Positions 1 through 12,394 of a stretch of 64,000 nucleotides of DNA are shown one piece after another. The position numbers and the translations under genes were made by a program. The notes below the pieces were generated by a model. It saw only the letters and a program-made list of their open reading frames with translations, was not told the origin of the DNA and made no database searches. This DNA is from Nitrospiraceae bacterium. Its GTDB lineage: Bacteria; Nitrospirota; Nitrospiria; Nitrospirales; Nitrospiraceae. How positions within the stretch are numbered: position 1 is the first letter of the stretch; every line of letters begins with the position of its first letter. The stretch is from NCBI GenBank assembly GCA_037442105.1, contig JBBIQV010000012.1:1-64000 (forward strand), in the 5' to 3' direction.

Positions 1-58
1 GATACACTTTGCCGACGTTGACGAGGGAGAAGATGACTTGCTTGTCGTTCGTGGCCAT
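1..58 (-). CDS. 5' fragment of a probable ABC-F protein (EttA-like), runs off the window edge
   Basis: RBS GAGGAG then ATG at 58; MATNDKQVIFSLVNVGKVY resembles the EttA N-terminus; only 19 codons visible. Confidence 0.45.
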   Translation of the reverse strand, partial: MATNDKQVIFSLVNVGKVY

Positions 59-166
59 TGGCTCCTCATTATGCGTTGCTGTGAACCGCTTTGATAATGC
101 GGGTCCTGTCACCGACCATGCCCTCTCGCCTGGCTTCTCCGCAATTTTGTTACGAACCGTCATGAA

Positions 167-889
167 TCACTGCGCTGGAGAAAGCTCCCTTCGTTTGCCA
201 TCCACAACCGCGTACATCTTGCCCGGCCATACGTACATACGTTGATGAGGCCCGTGGATTTGGATGCCCGTCACGATCGCGTGATGGCTGGCGCCCCTGT
301 CCACGGTGAGGTCGATCAGGCGCTCCAGGTCTTCGGTAATCATCTCGTACGCGAGCTTGGTCAGGGTCACGAGTCCGGGCACCTTGCCATAATGGAGCTT
401 GCGGATGAGGCGTTGCTTGAGGAGACTGAATTCCACGTCCTCGGGGTCGAGGTCCACTCGCAGCGAACCGCTTTCCAGTTCTTCACGAAATGCCACCAAG
501 GCGCCGCAAGCTTTTGAGATCTCTTTCTGGCCAGGACGATAGCAGAATCCAATCTCGTTTCCTGAATTCAACCCGATGTGGGGTAGGGCGAAATACACAT
601 GCCGGGTCCCCTGCTTGTCGTCCGGCGCATGGTGAAGAGAGGCACGGAACCCCGCTTTGCCCAGGAACAGCATGCCCGCCAGGCTGGCGATGTTGAAGGT
701 TTCCCCCCAGGTTTCCCGAATCCGGTCGGCCAACGGCCGGGTCAGTTCATCTCGGCAGAGTCCGACGCCGGCAAACGAGTTGACCGCGTGAAACCCACAG
801 GGGCGAAGGACATTGTAGGTCCCGGTGACGAACTCCACGTCCGTCATCGCGCCGGGGAAATATTTGGCGAGCGCTTCTTCAAAGGTCAT
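167..889 (-). CDS. LCIB/LCIC-family (theta-type carbonic anhydrase-like) protein
   Basis: Motifs LCRDE, FNIASLAG..FLGKAGF, HAP, PHIG, RPG..S.ACGAL, with candidate Cys/His/Cys metal ligands. Confidence 0.75.
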   Translation of the reverse strand: MTFEEALAKYFPGAMTDVEFVTGTYNVLRPCGFHAVNSFAGVGLCRDELTRPLADRIRETWGETFNIASLAGMLFLGKAGFRASLHHAPDDKQGTRHVYFALPHIGLNSGNEIGFCYRPGQKEISKACGALVAFREELESGSLRVDLDPEDVEFSLLKQRLIRKLHYGKVPGLVTLTKLAYEMITEDLERLIDLTVDRGASHHAIVTGIQIHGPHQRMYVWPGKMYAVVDGKRRELSPAQ

Positions 890-1032
890 GCGACCGTCCT
901 CTCGTTGGTGGCGTCTCCTTCACAATCCGGAACCCCTGACGGGTCCTCATGGTAAGCGACCGGAATCCGGATTCGCAATGGCCCCGTAAACCAACTAAGA
1001 CGGCCTTGTGTTCTCACACCTGTTTGTCTAAA

Positions 1033-1335
1033 ATGGAGCCTCTTTTCGGGCCTTGGGAGAGAAACGTGAAGGGGTTGCGGTTCGAGCGGATCGGACGGGG
1101 CCGGTACTACAACGTCGTGTTCCACATCGGGAGCACCTACGTGCCGGTGAGCGACGAAGCCGTCGAGGAATTAAAGAACCAGAGTTTGCTCCCGGCTGAA
1201 CGGTTCCTGGACTTTCTGATCGACAAGATCGGGTATTCGTCCTACCTCAAAGATCAGATCAGGGTTGAACTGAAAAGCGCCGGCGACCCCGTCACCCAGA
1301 TTACCATCCTCCAAGGCGCGATCCGCGAGCTGTAG
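1033..1335 (+). CDS. hypothetical protein
   Basis: ORF with typical codon usage; likely start MEPLFG at 1033. Confidence 0.65.
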   Translation: MEPLFGPWERNVKGLRFERIGRGRYYNVVFHIGSTYVPVSDEAVEELKNQSLLPAERFLDFLIDKIGYSSYLKDQIRVELKSAGDPVTQITILQGAIREL

Positions 1336-1460
1336 AGGCTGCTGAAAATTGCCTCCAGCGGCGTTCTCGGTCGCGTCTCTCGCTGCGGCGTAGCGCTAGG
1401 CTACGCCTCACTCGCCCCGCTCCCTGCGGCCTTGCTGGAAGGTAATTTTGAGCAGCCTCT
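1334..1460. repeat. 127-bp MITE/REP-like element with imperfect terminal inverted repeats
   Basis: AGAGGCTGCTGAAAATTGCCTCCAGC ... GCTGGAAGGTAATTTTGAGCAGCCTCT; internal palindrome GGCGTAGCGCTAGGCTACGCC. Confidence 0.75.
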
Positions 1461-1561
1461 TCGTAAAGGTACCGATTCCATTCAAATTGCTCTTGGCGAC
1501 GGGATAACGCCTTCCTCTGTGTGCGCGCTCAGCGAGCGAGGAACGAGCAGGCCATGGGCCC

Positions 1562-2599
1562 TCAGTCCCCCACCTGTCCTTCCTGGAAGAGCTGGTTCAT
1601 GATGGCGTTTTTCTTCTCGGGGTCTTTGTAGTACTTGAGTGCCTTCGTGTAGTTCTCCATCGCGCTTTCGCGTTTGCCGCACAGCGCATAGTATTCCGCC
1701 ATGCCGTGGTAGGCGCGCGCGTCCTCCGGGCTGTGCTTGAGGGCGCGGCTGAATGACTCCAGCGCATCCTGGAGCTGATTCTTGCTGAGCGCTAACCAGC
1801 CGATGGCTGTATGCGCAGGCCCGAAATCCGGGTTGGCTGCCAGCGCCTCGCGATACTCTTTCTGCGCTAGATCCATGCGGCCGCGGGTTTCATACAAACT
1901 CGCAAGCGCGAAATGAACTTCGGCATCTTTCGGATTGAGGCGCAGCGCTTCTTTGTATTCCTGCACCGCCGGCTCCATCTTCCCTTGCTCCGCGAGCGCG
2001 CAGGCCAGATTCGCGTGCGCCACGGAATCGTTCGGACTGAGCTTGATCACCTCACGGTATTGCGGGATTGCCATTTCCAGGCGGCCTTGCTCTTGATAGG
2101 CGACCCCCAGGTTGGTGTGCGCCGGCACATAGGCCGGGTCGAGCCGCACCGCTTCACGGTATTCCTTGATCGCCATTTCGAGACGATCCGCCCGCTCATG
2201 AATCTGTGCGAGAAAATAGTGCGGGTAGGCCGACTCCGGATCAAGTCGGGCGGCTTCTTTGTAGGACGTCACCGATTGTTCAGACTGGCCTACTTGCGCG
2301 AGCAGCATCCCCATCACGAGATGCGCATTCGCCCTGTCCGGATAGCGGGCTTGCAGCGCCTCGATCCACTTTCTGACCCGCGCGATGTCTTCGGCCTCCT
2401 GGAGCGACTGGGCATGGATCTTCCAAGCCTCCGCGAACCGGCCTTTGATTAGGAAGACGATGTTGATGGCGAATTGTGGGCACGGGTCTTTCGTACCCCG
2501 TTGCGCCAACGCCTGAATCCAGGCGGTCGCCTCTCGATCCAAGACCTCCCAGTCTCCGGCCAGGATGGCCATTTCGCTCTGTTGCTGATGGTCGTGCAT
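1562..2599 (-). CDS. tetratricopeptide repeat protein
   Basis: Repeated ~34-aa units such as AHxNLGxxYxxQG...A...Y..A..L.P. Confidence 0.9.
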   Translation of the reverse strand: MHDHQQQSEMAILAGDWEVLDREATAWIQALAQRGTKDPCPQFAINIVFLIKGRFAEAWKIHAQSLQEAEDIARVRKWIEALQARYPDRANAHLVMGMLLAQVGQSEQSVTSYKEAARLDPESAYPHYFLAQIHERADRLEMAIKEYREAVRLDPAYVPAHTNLGVAYQEQGRLEMAIPQYREVIKLSPNDSVAHANLACALAEQGKMEPAVQEYKEALRLNPKDAEVHFALASLYETRGRMDLAQKEYREALAANPDFGPAHTAIGWLALSKNQLQDALESFSRALKHSPEDARAYHGMAEYYALCGKRESAMENYTKALKYYKDPEKKNAIMNQLFQEGQVGD

Positions 2600-2637
2600 G
2601 ATGATGTATCAGGGACGTCGTGTGACGGACTGCGTCG

Positions 2638-4125
2638 TTATCTGGTCAGGGTATCTTCGACATCCGGCGGCGTAGCGCGAATCTGATCTCCCAGGAAGGG
2701 ATACCGTTCGGCGAGCTTCTGTTTCATGAGCCAGGCGACGGTCCTGTAAGACCAGTGCCCCTTCACACCTGTGCGCAGACGAGCGATGTACTCGGCTTCG
2801 GCGTAGTCCATTTTGAAGAGGCAGCGAACCTTGAAGCCGAAGGGAATGGCGTACAGCGCGGCTTCTTGATGGCCGGTGCGCAGGCGTTCAATGTCAGCCT
2901 TCACCAGCTCCATCGCCTCCCGATAGTCGCGCTCTACCCCGGCCCCCGCCAGCGCCGGGGGCACGTCGAAGCCGTGGACGGTCGTAAAATTCTGCTGAAC
3001 CTGCTGGCAACGGCGGTGGCGGTGCATGTCGCGCCAGCCGCCGATGTCCATCAGCACGTCGAATACCATCGCGTAGCCGCTGCGAAACTCCTTGATCAGG
3101 TCATCATGCCGGCCGCGCTTCCGGAGCGCGATTTCGATGGCGTCCTGCTTCTGTTTCTCACTCCAGTCGCGAACGACGGCCAGGATCGCCCGATAGGGCG
3201 CCTGGGCGACCCGATAGAGCAGCGTCGCGACCACTTCGTCCATGGGGTGATGCGATTCGATGAGATCGACCGTCTCACCCGCGCCCCAGGAATGTGGCTG
3301 GTCCAAGCCGGTTCCCTTGAACACTTCCTTCGCATGCCGGGACAGGTCGGTGTAGACCTCTGCCTGATATCCACTGGGTTTCGCATGACGAGCCAGGGTG
3401 GGCGCGAGCGGCTCGCCGAGACCGGCCGACTGGCCCGACAGTTCTCCCCAGAGATTCATCGGAGCGCGCTGACAGGCTTCTTTCAGCTCCTCTCCGATCG
3501 CCCGCAACTCCGGCAATTGTGATGAGAGCAGCCGCGTGATCTGTTTTTCGAGCGTGCGGATGCTGACGACCTGCCCGACGTTGGTGCAGGCGGCCAGCGG
3601 CAAAAGATAGCGGGTGACGTCGAAGGCACGGGCGGCGATGGTCCGGTCATACGCCGCTTGGGGCATGTTGTCGGGACGCGGCTCGCGCTCGGAGAGATAT
3701 GAGGTCAATGGCTCATGGAGTGCGTGGTACACCGTTGAGAGGCTCCGGAGAATTCCTTGATACGTCCCTTCCGTTTCCGTCCCCCGGATCGACTCCGGCA
3801 CAAACCAGCTACTGGAGGCGAAGTTCTGATACCGGCTCGACTTGGCCTGGCCGTCCCAGAGCGGCTCGTCCTCCAACCGGATGGCGGCCAGTTCCGAAAT
3901 GCGTTCGAAGCAGATGATCACATGTCCGAGATCGGCGATGGAGCCATGTCCATAGTCAAAGTAGAACTGCTCCCAGAATTTTTCGGAGGAGTGGCTATGG
4001 ACCCAGCGGATACTATCTTCGATCGAGTCCGGCGATCGGCTGTAGCGCGCGAGTGCGTAAGCCGACTTCTCCGGCGGCATCGGCGCCACGGCGATGACAC
4101 GGCGGCCCGGCCTATCTTGCGGCAC
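2638..4125 (-). CDS. thyX: FAD-dependent thymidylate synthase, long duplicated-domain ThyX type
   Basis: ARYSRS, YGHGSIAD, KSSRY and RDMHRHR motifs; GTG start at 4125 after GGAAGGAGG. Confidence 0.8.
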   Translation of the reverse strand: MPQDRPGRRVIAVAPMPPEKSAYALARYSRSPDSIEDSIRWVHSHSSEKFWEQFYFDYGHGSIADLGHVIICFERISELAAIRLEDEPLWDGQAKSSRYQNFASSSWFVPESIRGTETEGTYQGILRSLSTVYHALHEPLTSYLSEREPRPDNMPQAAYDRTIAARAFDVTRYLLPLAACTNVGQVVSIRTLEKQITRLLSSQLPELRAIGEELKEACQRAPMNLWGELSGQSAGLGEPLAPTLARHAKPSGYQAEVYTDLSRHAKEVFKGTGLDQPHSWGAGETVDLIESHHPMDEVVATLLYRVAQAPYRAILAVVRDWSEKQKQDAIEIALRKRGRHDDLIKEFRSGYAMVFDVLMDIGGWRDMHRHRRCQQVQQNFTTVHGFDVPPALAGAGVERDYREAMELVKADIERLRTGHQEAALYAIPFGFKVRCLFKMDYAEAEYIARLRTGVKGHWSYRTVAWLMKQKLAERYPFLGDQIRATPPDVEDTLTR

Positions 4126-4175
4126 GGATGCCTCCTTCCCTTCCCGGCAAGGGACCCACCTCCCGTCTCTCCGCA

Positions 4176-4403
4176 CGTCACTCGTCATCCGTCAACCGTG
4201 ACTCGGACGGAGACCGATCCGCATCTTCTCACGAATGACGCTTGACCATTGACGACTTACGCACTCTCGGGATGCGCCGCACTATACCGCCACCTGCATG
4301 CCCGTGCAAGAAGGCGTCAAACGTCATTCGACAACAGCCGGCGGAGCTGATTCCGCGATCATCCTCTTTCTGCGACTGACGGTTGATCACTGACGCTTGA
4401 CGC
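4176..4403. repeat. two heptamer-periodic inverted repeat hairpins (CGTCAnn / nnTGACG)
   Basis: CGTCA at 4176, 4183, 4190 versus TGACG-like at 4236, 4243, 4250; second set CGTCA at 4315, 4322 versus TGACG-like at 4377-4398. Confidence 0.7.
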
Positions 4404-4505
4404 TCCCCCTGCGCGTTGACTTGATCGCAACCCCACCGATATAGTGCGCGACGCGCGCAGGCAATAGGCAAGAGGCTGTTGGCAATCCGTTCTCAAGGAA
4501 CGGCC

Positions 4506-5786
4506 GTGATCAAAGGAATCAAAGGGGTCAAAGACATTCTGCCGGAGGAAACTCCCCGATGGCGTGTGATCGAAGAGACGGCGCGCCGGTGGGCGGTACG
4601 CTATGGCTTCGACGAGATTCGCATTCCCGTCTTTGAGGTGACGGAACTGTTCGCGAGGAGTATCGGCGCGACCACCGATATCGTCGAGAAGGAAATGTAC
4701 ACCTTCCAGGACCGTGACGGGACGTCGCTGACGCTCAGGCCTGAGGGAACGGCCGGCGTGGTCCGTGCGTTCATTGAACATAATCGCGCGGCTCAGCCTG
4801 TGGCGCAGAAATTTTATTATTTCGGTCCGATGTTCCGGCATGAACGGCCGCAAGCGGGGCGCCTTCGCCAATTCCATCAGTTCGGTGTGGAGTCTTTTGG
4901 GATTACGGATCCTCGTGCGGATGTCGAAGTCATCGCGCTCTTGTGGCGGTTTCTGTCCGACCTGCGGCTCCCCGCGCTTACCCTGGAGATCAACAGTCTG
5001 GGATTCACCGGGGATCGGCCTGTCTATAAGAGCCTCCTCTTGGACTTTCTCCGCCAGCACGAGAGCCGGCTCTGCGGGAACTGCCGACGACGGATGGACG
5101 GGAACCCCCTGCGCGCCCTCGACTGCAAGGTGCCTGACTGTCGATCGGCCACGGAAGGCGCGCCCCGTCTTTCGGATCACTTGTCCCCATCGGCAAGCGA
5201 ACACTTCGATCGCGTGCTCGGTGGCTTGACGTCCCTTGGCATCCCGTATCAGCTCAATTCCCGCCTCGTGCGCGGTCTGGACTACTACTGCCTGACGACG
5301 TTCGAGGTAACCTCTACGCACCTCGGCGCTCAGAACGCGGTCGGTGCCGGGGGGCGGTATGATGGCCTTGTTGAGGCATTGGGAGGGCCCAAGGTTCCGG
5401 GTGTCGGCTTTGCGGTCGGTCTCGAACGAGTCTCGCTCATGCTGCCTGACGAAGTCGTCGCTTCTGCGACCGAAAAAGTCTATGTGGCTGCGTTTGGGGA
5501 CCAGGGAACTGCTGTTGGCCTCTCATTGCTCGATGCGCTCCGCTGCCGCGGGATTCTTGCATACACTGACTTCCGTGCTACTTCACTCAAAGCTCACCTC
5601 CGCCAGGCCGACCGGCTTGGCTGTGTCTATAGTGTCATTGTGGGGGACGATGAAGTGGCCCGAGGAGTCGTGATCCTCCGCGATATGTTTGCAAAAAGCC
5701 AGGAAGAGGTCTCCGCATCACAGGCAGGGCCAGTCCTTCTTGAACGTCTCCGGCGCCGGCACCCGGAGGCCTTTTTTTCTAGTTGA
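4506..5786 (+). CDS. hisS: histidine--tRNA ligase
   Basis: KGVKDILP, LRPEGTA, FRHERPQAGRLRQFHQ, RGLDYY, GGRYDGL motifs. Confidence 0.97.
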   Translation: MIKGIKGVKDILPEETPRWRVIEETARRWAVRYGFDEIRIPVFEVTELFARSIGATTDIVEKEMYTFQDRDGTSLTLRPEGTAGVVRAFIEHNRAAQPVAQKFYYFGPMFRHERPQAGRLRQFHQFGVESFGITDPRADVEVIALLWRFLSDLRLPALTLEINSLGFTGDRPVYKSLLLDFLRQHESRLCGNCRRRMDGNPLRALDCKVPDCRSATEGAPRLSDHLSPSASEHFDRVLGGLTSLGIPYQLNSRLVRGLDYYCLTTFEVTSTHLGAQNAVGAGGRYDGLVEALGGPKVPGVGFAVGLERVSLMLPDEVVASATEKVYVAAFGDQGTAVGLSLLDALRCRGILAYTDFRATSLKAHLRQADRLGCVYSVIVGDDEVARGVVILRDMFAKSQEEVSASQAGPVLLERLRRRHPEAFFSS

Positions 5787-5882
5787 CTTTCCCCGCTGAA
5801 CTCCTTACTCTCCAATTGTATAAATGCTCCTTAAGTCGTTGATTCTCAAGTTATCTTTACCGCTGCACCCTTGTGGATTTCC

Positions 5883-6203
5883 ATGGAAAAGAAGAAGCTT
5901 GGCCTGTTGTTATCCACACCACCATCGCACCCGAGCGCGAATACAGTGTCAGCCCTCTGTACAGAGGCGATTTGTGGCGGTTATGATGTGTATCTTTACT
6001 TAATCGACGAAGGTGTTGCGAACGTTCATGATCCTCGTTTTTTAAAGCTCCCTGAGGACGGCGTGAAGATGTTTGTTTGTGCTTATGGGTGTCAGCAGCA
6101 TGGTGTTTCGACGAATGGGTTTGATCCCCGCGTGTCTCTCTGTGGTCTCGTTGTGCTTTCCAATATGATCAGTGGGTGTGATCGCTTTTTGGCGTTTAAT
6201 TAA
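5883..6203 (+). CDS. DsrE/TusD-family sulfur relay protein
   Basis: LLLSTPP, YLIDEGV, VCAYGCQQHG, C-terminal DRFLAF. Confidence 0.75.
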   Translation: MEKKKLGLLLSTPPSHPSANTVSALCTEAICGGYDVYLYLIDEGVANVHDPRFLKLPEDGVKMFVCAYGCQQHGVSTNGFDPRVSLCGLVVLSNMISGCDRFLAFN

Positions 6204-6232
6204 GTGCGTGCTCCGTTCCCGCATGGTCTTTG

Positions 6233-6580
6233 ATGTCGAAGTCAATAACTGTTCTCATCCGGCAGGACCCTCGAGTTACACATAGACCGGTTGAGGCACT
6301 CCGGATCGCTCTCGGCTTGAGCGCGGGCGACCATACCGTATCGGTCGTCTTGCTCGATGGAGCACCACTGCTACTGAGCGGAAATATCGACGACGTTGTC
6401 ATAGACGGGGAGATTTTGGAAAAATATCTGCCCTCCCTTAAGCAAAGTGGAATTCGTTTTTTTGTTCCTGTAACAGTCTCGGTACCGTCTCTGCTCGACG
6501 AGGAGTTCTCTGTTGCCTCAGTGTCGGCTCCTGCGCTGCAACGACTTCTTGCAGAGTCCGACTCCGTACTTGCATTCTAG
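6233..6580 (+). CDS. DsrF/TusC-like protein
   Basis: EALRIALGL, VVLLDG, C-terminal SDSVLAF; second gene of the trio. Confidence 0.65.
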   Translation: MSKSITVLIRQDPRVTHRPVEALRIALGLSAGDHTVSVVLLDGAPLLLSGNIDDVVIDGEILEKYLPSLKQSGIRFFVPVTVSVPSLLDEEFSVASVSAPALQRLLAESDSVLAF

Positions 6581-6611
6581 AAACTGAACGTTCGTGCCGC
6601 CGTCACCTTCA

Positions 6612-6878
6612 ATGGCAACAGTTCTTTATATGGCACGTAGGCCGCTTGAAGAGCTTGAAGAGGGTATTCTTCCTGACTTTCGAGAGCATGGGAAATATCA
6701 GGATTTGTCTCTGCTTCTTCTTGAAGAGGGGGTTACTTCTCACTACCTCCCAAACGTGCAGACATTTGCTGTGCGCGACGATGTGTTGAAGTATGGAGTG
6801 ACTACGACAGTTCCGCTTCTCACGTATGAGGAAGTAGTCAAACTTCTCTTCGAGGTGGACCGCGTGGTTGTTCTTTGA
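6612..6878 (+). CDS. DsrH/TusB-like protein
   Basis: LLLLEEGV, DDVLKYGV, LTYEEVVKLLFEVDRVVV; third gene of the trio. Confidence 0.6.
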   Translation: MATVLYMARRPLEELEEGILPDFREHGKYQDLSLLLLEEGVTSHYLPNVQTFAVRDDVLKYGVTTTVPLLTYEEVVKLLFEVDRVVVL

Positions 6879-6879
6879 A

Positions 6880-7259
6880 GGTTCCAATGTTTTTCTCTTA
6901 CTCCGAGCTTTTACCGGGATAGGAGGAACATTCAGGAGGAGAAGATGTAGGAGTAAGCTCTGTGAATTTGTGTATTATGAGTTAAGGTGTTGGTGAGAAA
7001 GAGAAAGTTGGTCCTTATCCCTGTGTGGAAGTGTCTGAAGTTGTTGGGGGGATTTCGGTGAGATGGTGGGAGTCTTTGTGAAGGGTAGAGGCCCAATCGA
7101 AACCCGTTGTTCTGAAATTAACAGGTATCAAGGGCATATCTCCTCTTCCTCAAATCAAAGAAAAAGATGTTAAGGAAACAGAATATCTCGTCCTGGCGGG
7201 CTTAATTGGCTTATCCACAGGTGTGAATAACATTGTGAATACCGTTACTTGAGTGGCAT
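6880..7259. promoter_or_regulatory. probable oriC / dnaA promoter region with DnaA boxes
   Basis: Low-GC non-coding region upstream of dnaA; TTATCCACA 7211-7219, TGTGAATAA 7222-7230, TGTGAATAC 7234-7242. Confidence 0.75.
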
Positions 7260-8609
7260 ATGACTGTTCAGAGTGTGTGGCAGGAGACGTTGGCCTACAT
7301 CGAGGCGAAGGTTCCTAAGCAGGTGTTTGACACCTGGTTTACGCCGATCCACCTTGAGCGAATAGACGACACAACCGCGCACGTCGGGGTACCAAATAAG
7401 TTCTTTGGGGACTGGCTGAGCCAGCATTACGGAGAGCTTCTTGCTGAAGCTGTCGCGAGCGCGCGAGGTGGTGGCCGTACTGATATTGCATTTGTTATAG
7501 GAGGGGCTAAAGGGTCAGCCCGCCCTGGGGAAACAACGGGATCGACATCAGTTGCTTCTCGGGGGGTCCCGGGGAGCCGATCGAAGCGGGGGGTTCAGCT
7601 CAACCCGAAGTACACGTTCAGGAACTTCGTCGTGGGTGCTGGCAACCAGTTTGCCCATGCGGCCTGTATGGCAGTAGCGGAGCAGCCCGCCAAGGCGTAC
7701 AACCCTCTCTTCATCTACGGAGGAGTAGGGCTGGGAAAGACGCACCTCCTCAATGCGATCGGCAACCATGTGGCCGAGCGGAGCGACCTCCGAATCGCCT
7801 ATTTGACGACGGAGCAATTCACGAATGAGGTCATCAACTCCATCCGGTACGACAAAATGATCGATCTCCGGAAACGTTACCGGAACATCGACATGCTCAT
7901 GATCGACGACATCCAGTTCCTTGCCGGGAAGGAACGAACCCAGGAAGAGTTCTTTCACACATTTAACTCGCTTTATGAAGCCAGGAAACAGATCGTCCTC
8001 TCGAGCGACCGCTTTCCCAAGGACATGCCGGACATCGAAGAGCGTCTCCGGTCACGGTTCGAGTGGGGATTGATTGCGGACCTTCAGCCTCCAGACGTCG
8101 AAACACGCATCGCCATCCTGAGGAAAAAGTCCGAGGACGAGGGGGTGAAACTGCCGGAAGACGTCATCCATTTCCTGGCCAACACGATGAAGAGCAATAT
8201 CCGGGAGCTGGAAGGTTCCTTGGTCCGCTTGGGAGCCTACTCGTCGCTCACAGGCCAGGTCATCACGCTCGACATGGCCAAAAATGTGCTACGCGATCTT
8301 ATTGGAGACAAGAAGAAGATCATCTCCATGGACGATATCCAAGAAGCCGTTGGAGCGCGATTTCACGTGAAGATCAGCGACCTCAAGTCACGGCGGCGGA
8401 GCAAGACGCTGGTCCATCCTCGACAGATCGCCATGTACCTCTGCCGGGAGCTGACGGATGCGTCCTTCCCGGAAATCGGACGACAGTTCGGGGGCAAGGA
8501 CCACACGACCATCATCCATGCATGCCGGCAGATCAGTAAAGCCCGCGAAACGGACAGTACGTTGAGCGCCACCATCGAGAGCTTGAAAGAGCAGATCATG
8601 AGGGGGTAG
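7260..8609 (+). CDS. dnaA: chromosomal replication initiator DnaA
   Basis: YNPLFIYGGVGLGKTHL, IDDIQF, FGGKDHTT motifs. Confidence 0.99.
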   Translation: MTVQSVWQETLAYIEAKVPKQVFDTWFTPIHLERIDDTTAHVGVPNKFFGDWLSQHYGELLAEAVASARGGGRTDIAFVIGGAKGSARPGETTGSTSVASRGVPGSRSKRGVQLNPKYTFRNFVVGAGNQFAHAACMAVAEQPAKAYNPLFIYGGVGLGKTHLLNAIGNHVAERSDLRIAYLTTEQFTNEVINSIRYDKMIDLRKRYRNIDMLMIDDIQFLAGKERTQEEFFHTFNSLYEARKQIVLSSDRFPKDMPDIEERLRSRFEWGLIADLQPPDVETRIAILRKKSEDEGVKLPEDVIHFLANTMKSNIRELEGSLVRLGAYSSLTGQVITLDMAKNVLRDLIGDKKKIISMDDIQEAVGARFHVKISDLKSRRRSKTLVHPRQIAMYLCRELTDASFPEIGRQFGGKDHTTIIHACRQISKARETDSTLSATIESLKEQIMRG

Positions 8610-8633
8610 AAACCCTCCCGGAGAGGTCACATC

Positions 8634-9761
8634 ATGAAAGTACGTATCGGTCGAGACGAGTTGTTGACGGGCCTGCAGCGTGTCCAGGGCGTCGTAGAGA
8701 AGCGCAACACGATGCCCATCCTCTCCAACATTCTGCTTGAAGCGAAGAAGGAGGGGGCCGAAATCGTTGCCACCGATTTGGAGATAGGGATGCGGGGCCT
8801 CTACAAGGCCACAGTGTTGGAAGCCGGCGGCGTGACCATCTCGGCGCGAAAGCTCTACGAGATCATCAAGGAGCTGCCCGATGGCGATGTCGAGCTGACG
8901 TCGGGGGATAACAACTGGACCACGATTCAGGCCGGCAAGAGCCAGTTCAAGATCGTCGGCCAACCCAGCGCGGACTTCCCCGCCCTCCCTTCCGTCGAGC
9001 GAGAAGGGTTGACGCCGCTGGCGGGCGCCGGGCTGCTGGAGCTTATCAGAAAGACGCTCTTCGCTGCGGGCGACAATGACGCGCGGTACATTCTGAACGG
9101 ACTGCTCGTCACGCTCACGACCACGGAGAAGAAGACGCTGCTCCGCTTGGTCGGAACCGACGGCCACCGGCTCGCGGTGGCTGAACATGAGGTCGGCAAG
9201 TCCGGAAGCAAGGAATCGCCGCGCGAGATCAAAGCCATCATTCCGAAAAAAGCGGCCCAGGAGATGCGCCGGTTGTTGGAAGAGGGAGAGGACAGCGAAC
9301 CGCTGATCGGATTCACGAAGAATCAGATGATCTTCCGAAAAAGCGGCCTCTTACTGACCTCGCGACTCATGGAAGGCAACTATCCCAACTACCAGCAGGT
9401 CATTCCCAAAGAGAGCAACAAGAAGGTCACGGTCAAACGGACCGAGCTCGAGAGCGCGCTGCGCCGCGTCTCCGTGCTGTCTCGCGACAAAGCCAACGCC
9501 GTCAAGGTCTCGTTTGCGCCCGGGCACATGACGCTCTTTTCCAGCAACCCGGATTACGGCGAAGCGACGGAAGAACTGTCGGCCCAGTACGAAGGCGACC
9601 CGCTGAGCACCGGGTTTAACGCCCGCTATCTGCTGGACGTGTTCGGTGTGATCCACAGCGAAACCATCACCCTGCAAATGGACAACCCGTTGAGCCCCTG
9701 CCTCATCCAGGAACCGGAGAGTCCGGGGTTCAAGTGCGTGGTGATGCCGATTAAGATATAG
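8634..9761 (+). CDS. dnaN: DNA polymerase III beta clamp
   Basis: TMPILSNILL, ATDLE, TDGHRL, GFNARYL, VMPIKI. Confidence 0.98.
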   Translation: MKVRIGRDELLTGLQRVQGVVEKRNTMPILSNILLEAKKEGAEIVATDLEIGMRGLYKATVLEAGGVTISARKLYEIIKELPDGDVELTSGDNNWTTIQAGKSQFKIVGQPSADFPALPSVEREGLTPLAGAGLLELIRKTLFAAGDNDARYILNGLLVTLTTTEKKTLLRLVGTDGHRLAVAEHEVGKSGSKESPREIKAIIPKKAAQEMRRLLEEGEDSEPLIGFTKNQMIFRKSGLLLTSRLMEGNYPNYQQVIPKESNKKVTVKRTELESALRRVSVLSRDKANAVKVSFAPGHMTLFSSNPDYGEATEELSAQYEGDPLSTGFNARYLLDVFGVIHSETITLQMDNPLSPCLIQEPESPGFKCVVMPIKI

Positions 9762-9787
9762 GCACGGGGCGAGGGGCACGAGGCTAG

Positions 9788-12319
<2,532 letters not shown>

Positions 12320-12394
12320 CGAGTAGCCAATAGCGAGCAGCCGGCAGTTCCGAGCTATTGGCTATCAGCTATTTGCTGCTAGCTAGGGAGACCT

